Below are positions 62,129 through 64,000 of a DNA stretch of 64,000 bases, one piece after another. The DNA comes from an uncultured Nitrososphaerota archaeon (GTDB lineage Archaea; Thermoproteota; Nitrososphaeria; Nitrososphaerales; CADDZS01): contig CAWCYI010000004.1 of the NCBI GenBank assembly GCA_963799845.1, positions 512,001 to 576,000 on the forward strand. The letters are read 5' to 3'. Every line of letters begins with the position of its first letter. The first letter of the stretch is position 1. The notes beneath the pieces are model-generated. The model was not told where the DNA came from. It saw only the letters and a program-made list of their open reading frames with translations, and did no database searches. The position numbers were made by a program, and so were the translations under genes.

Positions 62129-63028
62129 CTAATCTAACGATTCCAAGATCCTTTCAACATATTCCTTGGATTCCGCAGCAAGATCCACGAAGGACTTGCC
62201 CGTAATTCCGTAGCGGTAGGGAATCATGATCATCGGCCCATCAAAATTAATCTCGACCAGCGTCCTGACCATCGACTCGATGTCCAGAGACCCCTTACCC
62301 GGAACTAAATGCGAGTGTAAAGATATGATGTCCAGGTGGTCCCGGATCCAGGCCTGGACCGGCTTTATCGAGTCGGCCATGTGAACCTCGGAGAGTACGC
62401 CCTGGACAGCCGCATACCTGATCATGGCGCTGGCGTCGGCTTCCATCCGGCCGGCGAGGACGAATGTGTGCGGAGCCACGTAAATGTATTTGACGTTCTT
62501 GCAACCCGACTCGCGGATGAGGTCGACGCACGGATCGGATTCCTCGATGAAATCTCCGGGGTGCGGCATGAAAGCGAGCTGGATTCCCTCATCACGAAGA
62601 ACAGGATCGAGCTCCCTGACTGATTTTGTCCACGCCTCTTCATGGTCCAAGTGATAGAGCGGTCTCCCGCCCATCTGGGAGTAGATCTGCCTGCAGCCGA
62701 ATTTCTTGCAAAGCTTGATCAACTTTGTGAATTGCGCGACGCCCCTCTTCCGGACGATCTCGTATTCGGGATCGGCGGGCGAGCTGGGGAGCTGCTCCAT
62801 CGCGCCGGATAGGCCGAGGGCGTTCCAGGCGTTGAAGGTCACGAGGTCCGTGGGCTTTAATCCCGATTTCTCGAGCTGAGTCTGCACCGATTCGACGACC
62901 TGATCGTTTGGGATCATTCCCATTTCGATACCCGGAAACAGCATCGGGTGGAGCGCGACGTATTCGAAGCCCCGGTTTTTGAGATGATCAAAAGCGTCAA
63001 GGGAGTGCGCGTAGGCGGTTAACTTCAA
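62129..63028 (-). CDS. Sugar phosphate isomerase/epimerase (xylose isomerase-like TIM barrel)
   Basis: PHPGDFIE, PHTF, VHMADS, HLVPGKG. Confidence 0.85.
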   Translation of the reverse strand: MKLTAYAHSLDAFDHLKNRGFEYVALHPMLFPGIEMGMIPNDQVVESVQTQLEKSGLKPTDLVTFNAWNALGLSGAMEQLPSSPADPEYEIVRKRGVAQFTKLIKLCKKFGCRQIYSQMGGRPLYHLDHEEAWTKSVRELDPVLRDEGIQLAFMPHPGDFIEESDPCVDLIRESGCKNVKYIYVAPHTFVLAGRMEADASAMIRYAAVQGVLSEVHMADSIKPVQAWIRDHLDIISLHSHLVPGKGSLDIESMVRTLVEINFDGPMIMIPYRYGITGKSFVDLAAESKEYVERILESLD

Positions 63029-63104
63029 TTTAGGTTATCCTGCCTACCTGAGATTTCAGACCCTTATAGCAATTAACTCAGCCCAGTCCGATATGATAAG
63101 AATT

Positions 63105-63532
63105 CAAAACGAACTCGGCGTTTCGAGCTCCGATTGAGATACAGATAGGCGAAACAAGCTGTTTCAATTGAACAAAGCTGAGAAACGAGCTGAACAGAAA
63201 GTACTCTCTAGAGTGCTTCGAGCACGGTTGCAGAACTCTCCTGGGGGGGCCCTTTCCATACATAATCGGCTAAAATTTCCAGAACATCCTCGAAAACTCG
63301 AAAATCCAGTACGAAATGATCAACTCGACGATTGTCGAGTAACATCTCCATCAATGTTCTTTGTGTCACCGTTCAATTCGTTCTGAGCTTACTAAGCTCC
63401 GTTCAGCTTGAAACGAGCTCTTCTGAGCTTACAGAGCTTGAACGTAGCTCTCTCGTCAAAAGGTACGCGCGGTTGCGAAATCGCACAATTTTTTCTATAT
63501 AAGAATCAATGAGAACTGGTATTTGAATGACG
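63105..63532 (-). repeat. AGCT-phased non-coding element, longest copy (~430 bp)
   Basis: Contains the segments shared with both 57010-57175 and 44965-45122; seven AGCT sites at 63386-63449. Confidence 0.88.
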
Positions 63533-63590
63533 AGGGTTTTCTTGAGTCAGTTAGGTGCTTCTGCCTGGATTTCATATTCCTAGAATATCG

Positions 63591-64000
63591 TCACGTTGCG
63601 TTGACCACCAGTTCTCCATTTTGCATGTATGGATGGATAGCACAGAAAATGCTGCAATAGATTCTGAAGGTTCCAGCCTGATTTGCTGAGAACGTTAGCG
63701 TGTATGTTTCTCCCGGGCGCACGGTTGCGCCGCTGTTAAAATAGTGAGTTATCGCAAAGCCGTGGGATTCTGATGAAGCACAGTTGAAAACATGTATTTC
63801 GACCGTTTGCCCTTGGTAAACCTGAATCACGGGCCACGGTGTCGAAAGATGAAAGGCACTTCCGTTCATACCCTCATAATTGTTTCCCGGATCCGATTCT
63901 ATGATTGTGAAAGAAACGGTTGAACTCGTGGAGGAGCTGTTCGCGATCCCGGGGGCGCTCTGGGTGGTACTGATCACGGAGCATGGAGAATTCGCATTAG
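63591..64000 (-). CDS. Cupredoxin domain protein (CuA-like), 5' end outside the window
   Basis: SHGFAI...GTFRIYCSIFCAIHPYMQNGEL. Confidence 0.88.
   Translation of the reverse strand, partial: NANSPCSVISTTQSAPGIANSSSTSSTVSFTIIESDPGNNYEGMNGSAFHLSTPWPVIQVYQGQTVEIHVFNCASSESHGFAITHYFNSGATVRPGETYTLTFSANQAGTFRIYCSIFCAIHPYMQNGELVVNAT

Noticed and set aside
1-64000. tRNA or rRNA genes
   Set aside because: No complete cloverleaf or rRNA signature was recognised; only T-arm-like fragments at ~18550 and ~20965.

Overview
This is archaeal chromosomal DNA, most likely a non-ammonia-oxidising Nitrososphaerota (Thaumarchaeota) lineage. That is inferred from the PolB2 operon, the archaeal winged-helix and Lrp regulators, DUF3227/NitrOD5-like proteins, F420-type enzymes, TATA-like promoters and frequent TTG/GTG starts. 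Bases 1-16 kb are an AT-rich plasticity zone of small membrane or secreted genes and decayed pseudogenes, including a one-gene insertion that splits a paralogue. Bases 16-30 kb hold two copies of a membrane-protein + winged-helix operon and three copies of a 49-bp bidirectional promoter with a 13-bp-periodic triple box, plus an adenylate cyclase-TPR protein, a receiver, an Lrp and a G1 peptidase. Bases 30-64 kb are mostly metabolic: F420 enzymes, a MarR-ABC exporter, PPDK, a complete IS481-family element with a 14-bp target duplication, a NucS-like protein, a CoxL-like molybdoenzyme, and a PolB2 operon whose polymerase carries a LAGLIDADG intein in motif B. The most unusual signal is a three-copy non-coding element family (about 44.96, 57.01 and 63.1-63.5 kb). 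Two of its copies carry AGCT sites phased every ~10 bp and bracket a 6-kb gene block as inverted repeats. Many genes carry single-base insertions that may be sequencing errors. All calls are by eye; no searches were run.
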